DNA of 64,000 bases from Oculina patagonica (lineage: Eukaryota), in contig NC_135769.1 in assembly GCF_052425735.1 (NCBI RefSeq), positions 4,340,001 to 4,404,000 of the forward strand, given 5' to 3'. The notes under the pieces were generated by a model. That model saw only the letters and a list, made by a program, of their open reading frames with translations, was not told the DNA's origin and did not search any database. Below are positions 1 through 13,152 of this stretch, in pieces; the stretch's first letter is position 1, and every line of letters starts with the position of its first letter. The translations under genes were made by a program, and so were the position numbers.

Positions 1-397
1 ACAAAGCGGACGGCAAAAGTAATGACCACATTATTCTTCAAATCTGCTTTGTGCAAATGGAAAGCTAGCCTCTCCAAACGTACGCTCGAATAAGACGAAT
101 AACAAGTTATTGTTGGGCCTTTTGCTCACGGCGTGTGCGTTGTAAGCAGGCGGGCGTTACGAAAAACGTTTTTAATCCAGGGTTAAATCACAACTCACCG
201 ATTCCGCCTCCTTCTAATCTAAAAACTTAGAACGAAATTGCTGACTACGTCAGATTGCTTCCCCTTTATAAACTGCAATTTTATTGGTTCTGATAGTACC
301 TGAAATCTGATTGGTGTGACAAACACACATACTTCACTGACCCACCGACTGATTACAAGGACACGACGACTAAAGAGCTATTTTTGAAAAAATAACT

Positions 398-1853
398 CAA
401 AAATTTCAACTCGACTTTTTAATTTTTGTTTACGCTTCAGTGATCATTGGTCTAGACAATAAGCCTTTGTAGGGGAGGGAGGGGAGGGGATAGACCTCCT
501 CCCCAGGCTCTTTCGGTTAGATTCCTGCCAGGACGGTGATAAAAGTGGAATGTTGCTTCGATTGGAGCATTTAAATCGTACTCTTATAAATTGTGGGGAA
601 TTGCCTGATTCCTGATCAGGATATCAGGTGAGCTATTAGGTTCTTGGTCTTGTCACAGTTTTCACTAGTTTGACAGAAAAAAAATTGTTTTTTTTTGTGA
701 TATTTGTAGCCTCCAAAGACTTTAAATACTCTGTTCCAGCAGGTTTACCTTTGACATCTTTAACATAAAGACTACATCACAATTTATTTCTTTGTTATGG
801 TATGAAAGCGTAATAAATGATGATCAAATTAGTCCTTTTTTATGAATAGAGTGCACTAACAACTACAACATCTTGCACCATGGATGTTTATCACATATAC
901 ATGTACCTTATAGTAATTTTTCTGGATTCAATTGTTTCCGATGAGTTTTTCTACTACATTTTAATTTACACTTTGATGTCCACCATGCTGGTCTTGCAAA
1001 GGTACGACAGCGACGGATATAAAATGGCCGCTGCAAAAACATATTCAACAAACTACAGACGCCACAAGTCGCTAGTTGGGGAACAAACAAATTAAACAAC
1101 TGAGGAGCGGAAACGTAGACTAACGGAATCAACCTAGTGAAAACTGTGACAAGACCAAGAACCTAATAGCTCACCTAAAATCATGATTCCAGACATAGGT
1201 ATCCTCCTTTCCACCGTCCATTTTTAAAATTTCCAATAGCTCACTGATTTTAGGTACTGTAAACCCATTATCTACTAGGAATATCAGTTGATCCTCTGAT
1301 ACATTAAAAGGAGGGCGACCTTTGCGCCCAGTGAATGAACGGTCTGTCCTGTATGTTGGAACGCTCGATTGCTGTGCACTCGATAAACATGCTATGGCGG
1401 ATCCTATACCAGCCACGATGGAATCAGGCAATTCCCAGAATTTATAGGAGTACGATTTAAATGCTCCAATCGAAGCAACATTCTACTATAATCACCGTCT
1501 TGGCAGGAATCTAACCGAACGAGCCTGGGGAGGAGGTCTATCCCCTCCCCTCCCTCCCCGAGAAAGACTTATTGTCTCGACCAATGATCACTGAAGCGTA
1601 AACAAAAAATTAAAAAGTCGAGTTGAAATTTTTTTTACGTGAGTTAAAAATGTACAGTGAGCAAGGTCAAATACAAACGTTGAGTTAGAAAAAGATAAGT
1701 GTACAACCGATAAGCGTGCAACACATCTCCAACAATGTGAAAGAAGGGTGTAAAATTTTGAATTGTGATGTAAAATTTAATTGTTGAAGTTGAAAATTTA
1801 AATGATGAAGTTAAAATCCAAACAATGAATTTTGGCGAGGATCGTACGCCATA
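398..1853. mobile_element. Rearranged DNA-transposon remnant (IS3EU-like) with an internal fold-back
   Basis: 398-673 is an inverted copy of 1129-1632 lacking about 1192-1420. Minus ORF 1171-1431 has GRPPFNVSEDQLIFLVDNGFTVPKISELL, resembling the N-terminal HTH of eukaryotic IS3/IS481-type DDE transposases. The segment ends in CGTACGCCATA at 1853, fitting a TAY..RTA terminus. Confidence 0.5.
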
Positions 1854-2795
1854 GTTCCGCGCGAAATCGAAATCAGTTTGAAGTGAGACGAACAAACACA
1901 TGAAAGTTTTGCTCTCCAAAATCGAAATAACTGTTCACCAACCGTTGTAAATTTGAAAGGACTAGAAAAGCAGTGGAATTAAAGGCCTCAAAGTTCTTCA
2001 AAAGGCGAGTATTTATTTATTTCTCAGCAAAATTGAGTTATAGTTTGCCGTTCGTAGTTTGCCCGTGTTGTTTGTGCATTTTGCAATGATTTTCACGCCA
2101 TTGCGGTAAACTTCACCGCGCGGTTTTTAGACTCTATCTATGAGTTTAATTGCCATGTTTATCTGTCAAGTTTTGCTAAAACAGAAACTATTTGTCATCA
2201 TTCAAGGAAATGAGATTCTTTGATTAAAAATGGACAATTTAATTATCACAATATTGTGCCGTACGTAGACACTACGCATTTCATTCAGCTTGGCACTGTT
2301 TATCAGAATAAAATTCTGCTGGGAAAAGTGCAGGGATTATTAATTTGTTAAATACAAGTGTGAATAGCTTAAAATACTGTTTTCGAGTCAAAGAGTATTT
2401 TTGAGTCAGAGAAATAGGCTTAACACCCTGCGAGCAAAGATTATTTCAAGTCGTTTCAAAACATTTATCGAGAATTGTTCGGGAAGCCGACTGAAATCGA
2501 TTTAAATGTGTTAAGTTTTGCGGTATATTCGTTCAATATTTATGACTTCATTTGCTTTCCTTGATTCTCTGCAGTGTAAATTAAATATGCTGAACCTTTT
2601 TTTAGTACGGTTCATTTTAAGTGAAGCTATTTTATTCCGAATTAAATAGCAAACAGTATTCTTCACTCTTGCTCGTCGATCGAGTCGGACTCAAATCAAA
2701 TCAAATCAAATCCGCGCGTATACAAACAAAGATTTTGCGACACATTTTTCCTTGGTTAGTTTTCCAAATAAATTAAAGTAGAAAAAGATAAAAAC

Positions 2796-3006
2796 GTTAT
2801 TTGCCGGCCTAGGTCGGTCCGTATTGGGAAAAACTGTACCCTCGGTCTTGAGTCTTAGACTGTTCAAGGGCCCCGAGGGTCGTGAAATATATGTTATTTG
2901 CCGGCCGGGAGGTCCGTATTGGGAAAAACTGTACCCTCGGTCTTGTACGGACCTCCCGGCCGGCAAATAACATATATTTCACGACCCTCGGGGCCCTTGA
3001 ACAGTC
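2796..3006. repeat. Palindromic MITE-like element with perfect 61-bp arms, preceded by a partial direct copy
   Basis: 2858-2918 and 2946-3006 are exact reverse complements around a 27-nt loop; 2796-2850 repeats 2893-2945 directly. Confidence 0.85.
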
Positions 3007-3588
3007 AAATTTAAAATCTGCTAATAGAAATAAAACATTTTGCGACAAGCTATCATTTTTGACAAAAATGAATTTCATAGATTGCCGGTATATTTTTATA
3101 ACTGGTTATTTGTGAACAAACTCAACTTGGGTAGTTTGAAATTGCTTTAGAGCTAAAACTCGTTATCTTAATACCATCAGGCTGCTTAGGAAGGGGGGGG
3201 GGGGGAATTAATACATTTTTAAAAACTCTCATGCCTACCTTGATGTTAAAGCCTGAGATAACAACAAAGCTTGCTGAATGCATGTTGTTGTCTTGATTTG
3301 AGACATTCATGAATCAATTTGAATCATAAAAACGTAGTTTCCTGTGCTAAGCTTGTAAAGCACGCCTTGAATTGGTAAAATCTTCCGTGCTTTAAAATCA
3401 GTTATCATTCTAACCTTTTTTTCTTCTTTTTGATTGGTTTAGAGACCTGGTTATCCGCATTTATGCACTGTTTTTAGCTGTAAATATATTCATGTATAGT
3501 TTATTTATTTTCCGTGAGCATGAAAACAAAATTATCGCACATGGTATATATTTTTTTTAAAACAGCGCACATAAGTCGAATGATAATC

Positions 3589-3740
3589 AATTATTGATTA
3601 CGGATATATCGCAAATATCGTGATTTGTCAACGTCTCACACATCAAATATCTGCCTCCACTTTCGTCATTGACAGTAAATTGATTGCTCGCGGTTGACAA
3701 ATCACGATATTTTGCCCAACGTCGTTGGATAATTGCTAAT
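3589..3740. repeat. Degenerate palindromic dispersed repeat
   Basis: Arms AAATATCGTGATTTGTCAAC and GTTGACAAATCACGATATTT are inverted copies. Confidence 0.6.
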
Positions 3741-4328
3741 TATTGAATGCAAACTTTCGTGATCAATTTTTCAGTTTTTGAAATAAAACAAAATTGTTTG
3801 AAAACCTTATTCTATATTTGCCACTGACTGTTTACTAAATTTCGATTTAATGTTTACGTGCCCTAATTTGTGCAATAGTAATAGAGGTTATTGAATTGGC
3901 TCTTGCCTTACGTAAATTGTTACAGACCAAGATAATAAATATTAGCTAGTAAATTCGAGTGGCGATCCTTTTTCTCTTTAATACAATGCCGTTTTAATGC
4001 CTCTGAGTTTTGTTTTTTTAGAAATACATTCTGCGTATACAGATTTTTTTGTATCTACTTTCAGTATTTAAAATGTACTTATGCTGCAAGCGAAAAGCGG
4101 AAAAAAGCGTTTACTTTCTTTCATTAGCGTGCTTTCTGCATATATTTTTATTTATATTTGATGAAGATGCGATAATTCACTCGTGCTTGTTTTCACAATA
4201 ACATTAACCGTGCTTCTTTCGATTTTGGCTTTAATTCTTTTCGTGGAGTGAAAATATATTTTCTTCATTGAATTTTGACTAATAGGTTTTTAACTAGTGA
4301 ATATAGTTTTTGCAACAAATGCTGAATG

Positions 4329-5291
4329 CTATTTGCCGCATTTAAGCAGTCGTTTGGCGGCTTGTCGAAAATCCGCCCTGTAAAATGAATATATGAATGG
4401 ATTTACACACGACTGCAGAAGGAGAAAAAACATTGACAGTTTCACCAAAAGTGGTGTGACTAGGTCAGCTCGTCCAAACACATAGGCAAAGTTGTAGACG
4501 GAACGAGGTATCCATGACAACACAAATACCAAGACAACCGCAGCGCAAGCGATACTTCCTCTTCTTTTCCGTGAGGTTTCGGCTCGCGTTTCCTCGCAAG
4601 AAATTTCTTGATTTACAGAGCTAATTTCCCTCAAGGGAAACGTTTTTCGTCTCTGCGTTTGAATGGCACGAACGATCATGACGTTTACAAGAGCCATGAT
4701 CACTGCCGGTAGCATGACAAGGAGAAAAACTAAAATAACGTTGTAAACTTTGTTGATAGCTTTGGCCTTTTCCTCTGACTGAGTGTGCCACCATATGTTG
4801 CGCGCTGTCGCAATAAGGGCAGGAAAAACCCAAGTTAAGATGACCATGCAGGTCACCTTGTTCCTCGTCATTTTACTACTGTACTGTAAAGGACACAGAA
4901 CAGCCAGGTATCTGTCATACGTGATGGCCAACAAGCTGAAAAACGACGAACTGAAAACCAAGTCTTTAGTCTGTGCTAAGATCCAACACGTGTCGGAAGA
5001 GAGGTATGGCTTACACCCCGCGCAAAATGAGGTGTAACCCGGTACTACCATGACTGCCATCAAAATGTCGCTCACTGCCAAGCTGACAAGAAAAATGTTC
5101 ATGTATTGCTGTCGAAGCTGCTTTGTTGAGAGAAAGATCACACAAGTAAGCGTGTTTCCTGCCAAAATAATCAAAGCTAGGACCCCGTTGACAAACCAGA
5201 AGATTTTTTGTAATGTCTCATCACAATATGCTGTTTCGGTGCCAGTTGAGTTGGTATCCATGGAAGTGTCGTTTGACGAGAGATCCTTCAT
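4329..5291 (-). CDS. Class A orphan GPCR, cluster family member 1 (320 aa)
   Basis: Seven hydrophobic segments; GN (TM1), SLAVSD (TM2), YDRY, W4.50, SWIP, NPFIY and helix 8 FRQAA; uninterrupted ORF. Confidence 0.95.
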   Translation of the reverse strand: MKDLSSNDTSMDTNSTGTETAYCDETLQKIFWFVNGVLALIILAGNTLTCVIFLSTKQLRQQYMNIFLVSLAVSDILMAVMVVPGYTSFCAGCKPYLSSDTCWILAQTKDLVFSSSFFSLLAITYDRYLAVLCPLQYSSKMTRNKVTCMVILTWVFPALIATARNIWWHTQSEEKAKAINKVYNVILVFLLVMLPAVIMALVNVMIVRAIQTQRRKTFPLREISSVNQEISCEETRAETSRKRRGSIACAAVVLVFVLSWIPRSVYNFAYVFGRADLVTPLLVKLSMFFLLLQSCVNPFIYSFYRADFRQAAKRLLKCGK

Positions 5292-6870
5292 GTTTTATCT
5301 GGTTGAAGAGAAGCTTCCGTTGATGTAGTTTAGAAGGTTGATGTAGATATTGACCGTGACTGTGGTTCGAGCTTCTTTTATATTTTCCTTGTTGTATAAT
5401 TACCAGCTGTGTAGCCTTTGACGTTAGCGGATTTTCTTAATGGCCAATACCTGTCAAAATACATACAAATTCGGATAATTTCCCTTTATTCGGATTTTTA
5501 ATGAGATATCTACGTCGCCCTAGGGGAGCCAAATCATGGTTATTATCTCATGCACATTGTTCAATAATAAACGAGATTTTTATTCTCCTTTGTACAGAGT
5601 TGATCCTAGACGTGGCGGATCTGTGTATCCCCCCTTTTGCTATTGTTCCAAGCTGAAGTTAATCTTGTTTGTTAGGAAACCCCAGAGAATTGCTTGCCTG
5701 CGTAGGTAGTTGTTTGGCCTTCAGAAATGCGCACGCTAGCTAGCAAACTCTTTAAGGGAATTCCCTAAAAAATAGAGCAATTTTAGATTTTGTTATGGAT
5801 TTACCCAAAGAAACCATACAGACAGACCCACTGAAAAGCTCAGTAAACCACGAATTTCTTTTCGTCGTGTTGCGTGAATTCCTTTTTAGTTTGTATACCT
5901 CATGTTAAACTGACTAATTTCCCTGCTGTGTTCGGACGCCAGATTTGACTGGGCAATTCAATAACTGAAATTTATATTGGACTTTTATTTAAACGAAGGA
6001 AAAATTATTTTCTTAATATTGGTCACGCGAAAAGAACTGTTTGAAACTGATTTATAGTTATGGAAATCAGCAATCATTGTTGCGTTGAAATAAATGGCGT
6101 TCTAGAAAATACGTTTCATTGGCGCTTTTTTTTTTGTACGCTGAAAGATACAGGTTGCTTATCTTATAAGCGTCAAAAAAATCACCTACTGACTTTCCCG
6201 TAATGAGAATTAACGTCTTCATGGCATGGAACTAAATTACCAAATGAGAACCAATATATCATTCAAAACAAAGGTCAAGGATAATCTTTTTACATATTCT
6301 TGCCTGCAGGAATAAAACCTTATGGTAATTTTTGCCCCTGAAAGGTCAAAGCGGTGAAATACACTTAATCCTTTGTGATTTCTTGGCTGTAAATAGATCA
6401 TACATTTTTTGTATCTGTTTCGATACCCGTCTCATTTTGTCATTCTAGAAAAGAAACCGTTTTCGAGGGTAAACTGTCATTCAGTTTCGGCTTGTCTATT
6501 TAAAAATCGATTTCTGCTTGAAGTTCATACATAGAGATTTATTTCAGTTTTTATTATATTCTGGCCAAGAACTTCTAGAGATTTCTAGAAATTTCTAGAG
6601 CCGTGTTTTCCCATAAATATTGCTCAACATGTACAACTAAATAAAACTTCTGCTATCCAGAGAAAGCGTTTTTATTTTTAGTTTTTGACGCAAAAATAAA
6701 GATGAAAATGACAGGCTAAATTGTCCTGACAATTGTGCATTGTGGACTTTACCGTGCGTCAGATCGGAATTACGATTAATATTTACTCACAGGAAAAGAA
6801 GTCTAATTTTGGAATTCATGAACTGCATTCGATCTTTTAAGCTCTTTAACATTAACTTTGGGATATATTT

Positions 6871-6993
6871 ACTCACCTAAAATAAAGCCCGTGGGTGTTT
6901 TTGCAATTTTGAAATTCGTGTTAACGAGTTAACTCTTTGAAGTTTCTTGAAGTAGTCTCACTGACTATAACGAATCTGAGCTACTCTTTATAT
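6871..6993 (-). promoter_or_regulatory. Putative TATA + Inr core promoter and non-coding first exon of GPCR 1
   Basis: Minus strand: TATAAAG starting at 6992; TCAGT initiator with its A at 6962, 30 nt downstream; AG|GTGAGT donor at 6877/6876; candidate acceptor TTTTGACAG|G at 5451/5450. Confidence 0.55.
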
Positions 6994-8017
6994 TTTTTCG
7001 CGGTTGCTTAGGACTGAGCCAAGTCTGAGTGCAAGAAATCTACTAAAACGTCCTCTTTCCTGATGATAAAAAGGCATATTTGCTTAAGAATGATAAACAA
7101 GAACAGTTGAATAGATGGTTGACAGGAAAACGTAGCCGAAACAGGAAATTATAAACGCCGCTAATTGGACATGACGTTAGTAATGTTTTGATTTGAATCA
7201 ATGGAGGTGGCACAACTTGAAAACGGAATTTGTTGCGTGGGCTCCGGTCTTAAACATAATTTGGTTATTTAAATTAAAATATCACGTTTTCAAAGAGTTG
7301 TTTCTTAATTCTGTCACGACATTGTACAAAGCACAACAAAGAAATTGAACGCCCGATTCAGCAACTCTACGATTCAGTTCTGACGAAATTTGTCGAGTTT
7401 GGCATTAAGGTTTGAATAATTATTGTGCAGTTTTTAATATTGAAATAAAATTAAGAAACAAGGATTTCTTTTTGAACAAATAATTCTATTTTCGTTCTAA
7501 TTATACACGCTAAAAACTCCAAGGAAGCATTCTGTATGATAGCGAGATAAGTGCTTTATTTTTTTTGCCACGATAAGTTATTAAATAAAATTCTGTATTT
7601 TGAAAGCGTAAATGACGTCATTCGTTCTTTTATTAAAGTCAACTGAATGTGTGTAAGTAAGTGGAAATATTGAAAAAAGATGACAGAAACTCAACATGAA
7701 ATTGTACAATGTGCGCTTTGATGACGTCTGATGTGAAAGGTTTTTTACATTTCTAAGTATTACCTTTTATAGTACTCGATGAAAACGGGTTTATAGTTCA
7801 AATATGATTTTTAAACGTAAATAAGAATTCTCGATCGCCACAAGGTCTGAATTTAAAGCAAACGAAGCTTTCGATCCTCTATATCTCACCTTGAGACGAG
7901 AATTACTATTATTAAAATCAACCAAAGGTCAAGAATAAATATACATAGTCGTAAACTGAGGCTGTATTTTGACTCTTGCTAATTCCTAGAAAAATTATCC
8001 TTCAGATTGTTCCATGG

Positions 8018-8248
8018 CAGGGCCGTAACCAGACCTTTGCCATGGACGAGGCAAGATCTTGCTAGTGGGTTCTGGGGGCATGCCCTCCAGAAAATTTTGA
8101 AATCTAGAAGCTATAAATCTCTTTTAGAGACATTTTTCATGCAGTATTTTTTGATAAAAATCAATCTTGTTCAAATGAAGATTGATTTTTGGGTAAAAAC
8201 TTAGACGAGGCAAGTGCCTCGTCTTGCCTCTTGCTTGTTACGGCCCTT
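8018..8248. mobile_element. MITE with CAGGGCCGTAAC termini
   Basis: TIR CAGGGCCGTAAC...GTTACGGCCCTT, flanked on both sides by CATGG; the same 3' end recurs at 43761-43787. Confidence 0.7.
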
Positions 8249-8902
8249 CATGGAATTGCAATTTTTGTTTTTATTTCGATCAGTCTTTAAGCAGCTAGAC
8301 CACATTGAAATTTTGGTAGCCTTCAAATTCAAAATGTTATAAGCTGCTGATGTTAAAACAGGTCTAAAACAGGTGTTGAAACAAGTATAACACAGTAATT
8401 TTTGGCGATGACAAATTTTGGCGGGAGGAAACCTCGACAAGAAGCACGTATTCCTTATTATATTATTATATCTTATCGCTGTTTCTATTTCTGAACAACA
8501 AATATCTTAATTTTGCAGCCTTAAGTTTGGAATAGGCCTAATAATTGATGCTATTACTTTCGGCCAATGAAAAGTTGGATCACTTGGGATTGACCGACGT
8601 CACCGTCACGTGATCATCGATCTCAACTGAAGTGATTGATGTTTTCAGCAATACAATAAAACGTTTAAGCAATACTATGACGAAAACGCATCTAAAACGT
8701 CAATAAAACGACCAATCATGGCTTACGTTTTGAAAATATTACGTTAGGCTGTGATTACTTAAAAATGTTCAGAACATTTATTTCAAAACTAACATCTTCA
8801 ATGTATGTAATAAGCAGTGCGGTATTAAATAGTCACTGAAATCTGGTGAAAACGTACAATTGATGACCGTCAATAACTTCATGCGATAATACGGTATTGA
8901 AA

Positions 8903-9964
8903 ATGGAAAAAGTGTGGATTAATGACACCAAGTTGGCAAATCTCGTTGACTTTGGCGAAGATGATTCAAACACAAAGACAGATGGTCACTGCATCAGGAC
9001 AATCGAACTCGCTTTTTGGATCTTGTATTCTTTAGTCGGAATCACGATTTTTATTGGAAATAGCTTCACTTGTATCGTTTTTCTAACATCGAAACGCCTT
9101 CGAAAGAACTTTATGAATGTTTTCCTGGTCAGCTTAGCGTTCTGGGACGTCCTAATGGCGATTTTTGTTGTTCCTTTTTATGCTACATACTGTAGCCGCG
9201 GTTGCAAATATTCCCTTACTAAATACTGTTGGCTGTTTAGAAAAGCAAAAGATTGTGTTCTTATTGCGGTGACTTTTAACATCTGTGCAATCACATACGA
9301 CCGGTATTTAGCAGTGGTTCAACCGCTTCACTATGGCGCGAAAATGACCAAGCGGCGTGTCACCGCTATTTTGGCCGGAGTTTGGACGCTGCCCGCTGTG
9401 GTGGCGGGAATCAGGAGCGCTTGGCATCACACAAAGAAAAACGATGACTTGCGTTACGCCAACAAACTGTACGACACTATACTGGTGGTAGTTTTCGTCA
9501 TGTTTGCGATTTTTGTGCTGTTAGTTGTAAACGTGAAGATTATGAGAGCTATTAAGAAGCACAACGAAAGAGAACTCACTGAGCAAAGTAGAAGAACGGC
9601 TTGGAAATCCCGTATGGAGAAAACCAAGCGAAGAAAGGGCACAAGGGCCTGTATCTTAGTGGTCTTTGTTTTTATGATTTGCTGGCTTCCGAGGATTGTC
9701 TATAACTTTAGCTATATAATCAAACCTCCTGGATTAGCTAGCCCTTTGTTTCTTAGGCTTGCTTTCTTTTGCCTTTTCTTGCAGTCTTCTGCAAATCCTT
9801 TTATTTACTCATTCTACAGATCTGAGTTTAGGAGAGCGGCCTTGAGGCTTGTAAGATGGCGCAAATCCGGAAGTAGGATTTACCCATTTGCCGAATTACA
9901 ACTAAGTAAATCCAAAGAAACAAATGACCTCGCTCAATCCGAGGCTGAGTTAACGAAAATGTGA
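8903..9964 (+). CDS. Class A orphan GPCR, family member 2 (about 353 aa)
   Basis: 7TM; GN, SLAFWD, YDRY, CWLP, NPFIY. First ATG is at 8903; the track start at 8897 is TTG. Confidence 0.95.
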   Translation: MEKVWINDTKLANLVDFGEDDSNTKTDGHCIRTIELAFWILYSLVGITIFIGNSFTCIVFLTSKRLRKNFMNVFLVSLAFWDVLMAIFVVPFYATYCSRGCKYSLTKYCWLFRKAKDCVLIAVTFNICAITYDRYLAVVQPLHYGAKMTKRRVTAILAGVWTLPAVVAGIRSAWHHTKKNDDLRYANKLYDTILVVVFVMFAIFVLLVVNVKIMRAIKKHNERELTEQSRRTAWKSRMEKTKRRKGTRACILVVFVFMICWLPRIVYNFSYIIKPPGLASPLFLRLAFFCLFLQSSANPFIYSFYRSEFRRAALRLVRWRKSGSRIYPFAELQLSKSKETNDLAQSEAELTKM

Positions 9965-12117
9965 CGTTGAATTCATCGATTTAGAGAAGCGCCATAAATT
10001 TTACAGTCTGTGCTTATAGTGTTTTTTTTTTTTTCAGAAAAACAAATGTGAATTTGCAATGTAAATGTTTTGTCAAAAGGTTAACATTTAAAAGCATGCA
10101 AAATGTGACAGATATTTGTTGAAATATTTCATACAGTGAATGAATGATGTATGTATATGTCAGTAATAAATAACGGACTAATCTTTACAAAATCGCTTGC
10201 ATGTGTTGTTGTTTTAACATTTTCACAAAATTAAAGGAAGCCTCTCTTTCAGTATTTTAAAGGGGCCAACTGTCAACTAGTATACAGGGCTCCTCCGTAA
10301 AATATATATTTAATGCATTTAATGGATGGATGAAAGATTAAAAGTGATCCCCCATTTTTTTTCTCTTTTCTCTTTTGTTTTTTTGCTTTTTGGCACGGTC
10401 AACCGATGCTACCACCCTCTCCTATCTATTTTCTGTCAAAATTAGCTTTAAAATTTTCAAAGCAATGTGTTCCTTAGTCAAGTTCCCTTTTGACGAGAAT
10501 ACAAATCACCCTCGAGATATGTAAACTGAGAAGAACTCTATATATAGATTACCTGCTATTCTTAAAGAGTTTTCCAGAGAAAATGTGGATTTTTAATGTG
10601 AATGTTCTGCCAAAGAGTTAAAATTAAACAGAGCTTGCATTGCAAAACATGACAAATATTTGTCGACATGGCGGCAATCTATGAATGTTTGTACATATAT
10701 TTACAAAGAAGTAAGAAAATGATCTTGACGAAATAGCTTGTGTTCTCGTTTTAACTTTTTCGCAGAAGAAAGCCTTAATTCGTGATCAAGGGTTTTTATT
10801 AAATGTAGCCACGTATTAACTCCGTATGTTTAATTAACGGATGGGTGAAGGTGAAAAAATTCACTGAAACACAATACCTTTTTTGGCACGATCCTGGCCT
10901 GTTTGTTGCTTTTCAGAATCAACTTTAAAATTTTCACGGCAATATGCTCCTTAACCAAGTTTCTACTGGATGAGAAATAAGCTAAATGACCATCGGTGGT
11001 ATAAAGCCAATTTGCAACTGACAGGTTGACACTGATGCGAGAGAGTTCTTAACTGCGGGGGTTTTTTGTTTATCTCCTTCCCGCGCGGTCCAGATGTTGA
11101 GTGAACTAAATCGCGCAATCTGATTGGTGAATCGAACGCTCCAGGTTATTTCATCTGGACCGCTCGCTCACACAGGCTATTTTTGGGCAGCCTTTTTCCT
11201 TGTTTCTTTTTATTTTATTTTAACCACAAAATAACTCGGTCAATGCGTCCACTTTTAGACCTCACGCTCGCTCAATATCAGTCATTTTTCCCAACTGCAT
11301 AACCGGTGGTTAATGGGTTTTGGCCGGTTTTGGTTGGCATTTATTCATCCGCGAAATTAATGCCTGTTTGAAGTTTTCCGGAGCGGAAGAGAACAAAAAC
11401 AAGTAAACAAATAATGCTGTACGAGATGGCATAAATGTATCAAATAGGTTGTGCCGGCGAAGACAACTGAAAATTTTTTCAAATGCCCATTTATGAGTTC
11501 ACCAAGTGTTTTATATCTAAAACGTGATGGTTAATTTCTTACTGTGTTAAAACAGAATTGAACGAGCTTAGTCAATTTCACCTGCCATCTGTATTTACAT
11601 ACGATTATGGAAATGCCTGACTTTTGCTATGGGTATTAGTTAAGAGAAAGAAAGCTGTCAAAATATAATTTAAAAACAATATTTCTTTTTGATCACGAAA
11701 ACGTTTTAATGCACTCTATTTATTTACTCCTGGTCGGTTTTGTGGACCCGTATGTAAGATTTAACGCTTCGTTTAGCCATAGAACTTGCTGGAAGACATT
11801 ATTTTGGAGTTTGGTTGCTTTAATAAAAAGATTCAGTGCCCTATTGTTGGGTGGTTATTTGGTTTATGAATAATACAAAATTTGTCAGTATAACTAACAT
11901 GGCTCATAAAATACGTCCTAACTAGCAAAAGCTTATCTTTGCCTCAGTAAAGAAAAAATAAAGGTCCTATCTGTTAAAAATACATTAAATGATGTTTTTT
12001 GGTGTAGGCTTAAATAAAGCGTAGCTATTGCCTCGTTTATTTCATTTGAACCCTTTCAAAGGAAAAGCCGATGAAAATTAAAGTATATGATATAAGGCAG
12101 CGCAAAAAATTAAAATT

Positions 12118-13152
12118 CTATTTTTGCACAGTTTTGTACGAGGTCAGAAGAATATTTGGCTTGGCGTGGGTTTTCTCCGATCTTTCCACGGTTCCGGCAT
12201 CAGCTTGGATTTGAGCATTTTCTGAAAGAAAGGACAAAGTTCGAAGAGCCGATAACATTGACTCTGCTCTCTCGACGACAAGATGACATCTTAATAAACG
12301 ATATGCCGCTCGTCTGAACTCCGATCTGTAAAACCAATAAATCAACGGATTAACCGCGGATTGCACAAATAAAAACAGGAAGCATATTCGGAAGAACAAC
12401 GGACTTGCCAGCCCCGGGGGTTCAACAATAAAACTGAAATTGTAAACAGCGCGCGGAAGCCAGCAAATTACAAACACGAGAACTACTGTAACACATGCAA
12501 TGGTCCCTTTGCGTCCCTGAGACGACATTACCGTTACATTGTTTTGTAAGTCGCGTTTTTCTCGTTCAGCTTGTTTTCTTATCGCTCTCAAAATCTTCAA
12601 ATTTGTTCTCAGCATTAGAACAACCAGTAAAACAACAAAACCGAGCACAATTATGCTGTCGTAGAGTTTATTTGCAAAGCGAGGGTCTGCTCCACTGTGT
12701 TGCCAAAAGTTGCGAATTCCCGCCAAAATCATCGGCAAACACCACACGACAGCTAGCATGGCGGTAACTCTTTTCGAAGTTATTTTGGAGCTGTATTGAA
12801 GCGGTTTTAATACTGCAATGTAACGGTCGTAGGTGATGGCGTACAGATTTAGGGTTGTGCCGATTTTGACGCAGTCCTTCGCTCCTCTCATGAGCCAACA
12901 GTAACTACGAAAAGAGTACTCGCACCCACGGCCACAGTAAATGGCATAAAATGGAACAACGAGCACGGACATAAGTATGTCCCACACGGCGAGGCTGACG
13001 AGAAGGACATTCATCTTGCTTTGGCGAAGTTTCTCGGTGGTCAAAAACACAACACATGCGAAAAGATTACCAGTGAAGATTACAACGCCAATAACGCCGT
13101 ATAAAATGAAAAACAAGGTTTCTGTTGACGTATCGCAGGTGGTGTTTCCCAT
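12118..13152 (-). CDS. Class A orphan GPCR, family member 3 (344 aa)
   Basis: 7TM; GN, SLAVWD, YDRY, CWLP, NPLIY; most similar by eye to member 2 (shared PPGLASPL). Confidence 0.95.
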   Translation of the reverse strand: MGNTTCDTSTETLFFILYGVIGVVIFTGNLFACVVFLTTEKLRQSKMNVLLVSLAVWDILMSVLVVPFYAIYCGRGCEYSFRSYCWLMRGAKDCVKIGTTLNLYAITYDRYIAVLKPLQYSSKITSKRVTAMLAVVWCLPMILAGIRNFWQHSGADPRFANKLYDSIIVLGFVVLLVVLMLRTNLKILRAIRKQAEREKRDLQNNVTVMSSQGRKGTIACVTVVLVFVICWLPRAVYNFSFIVEPPGLASPLFFRICFLFLFVQSAVNPLIYWFYRSEFRRAAYRLLRCHLVVERAESMLSALRTLSFLSENAQIQADAGTVERSEKTHAKPNILLTSYKTVQK

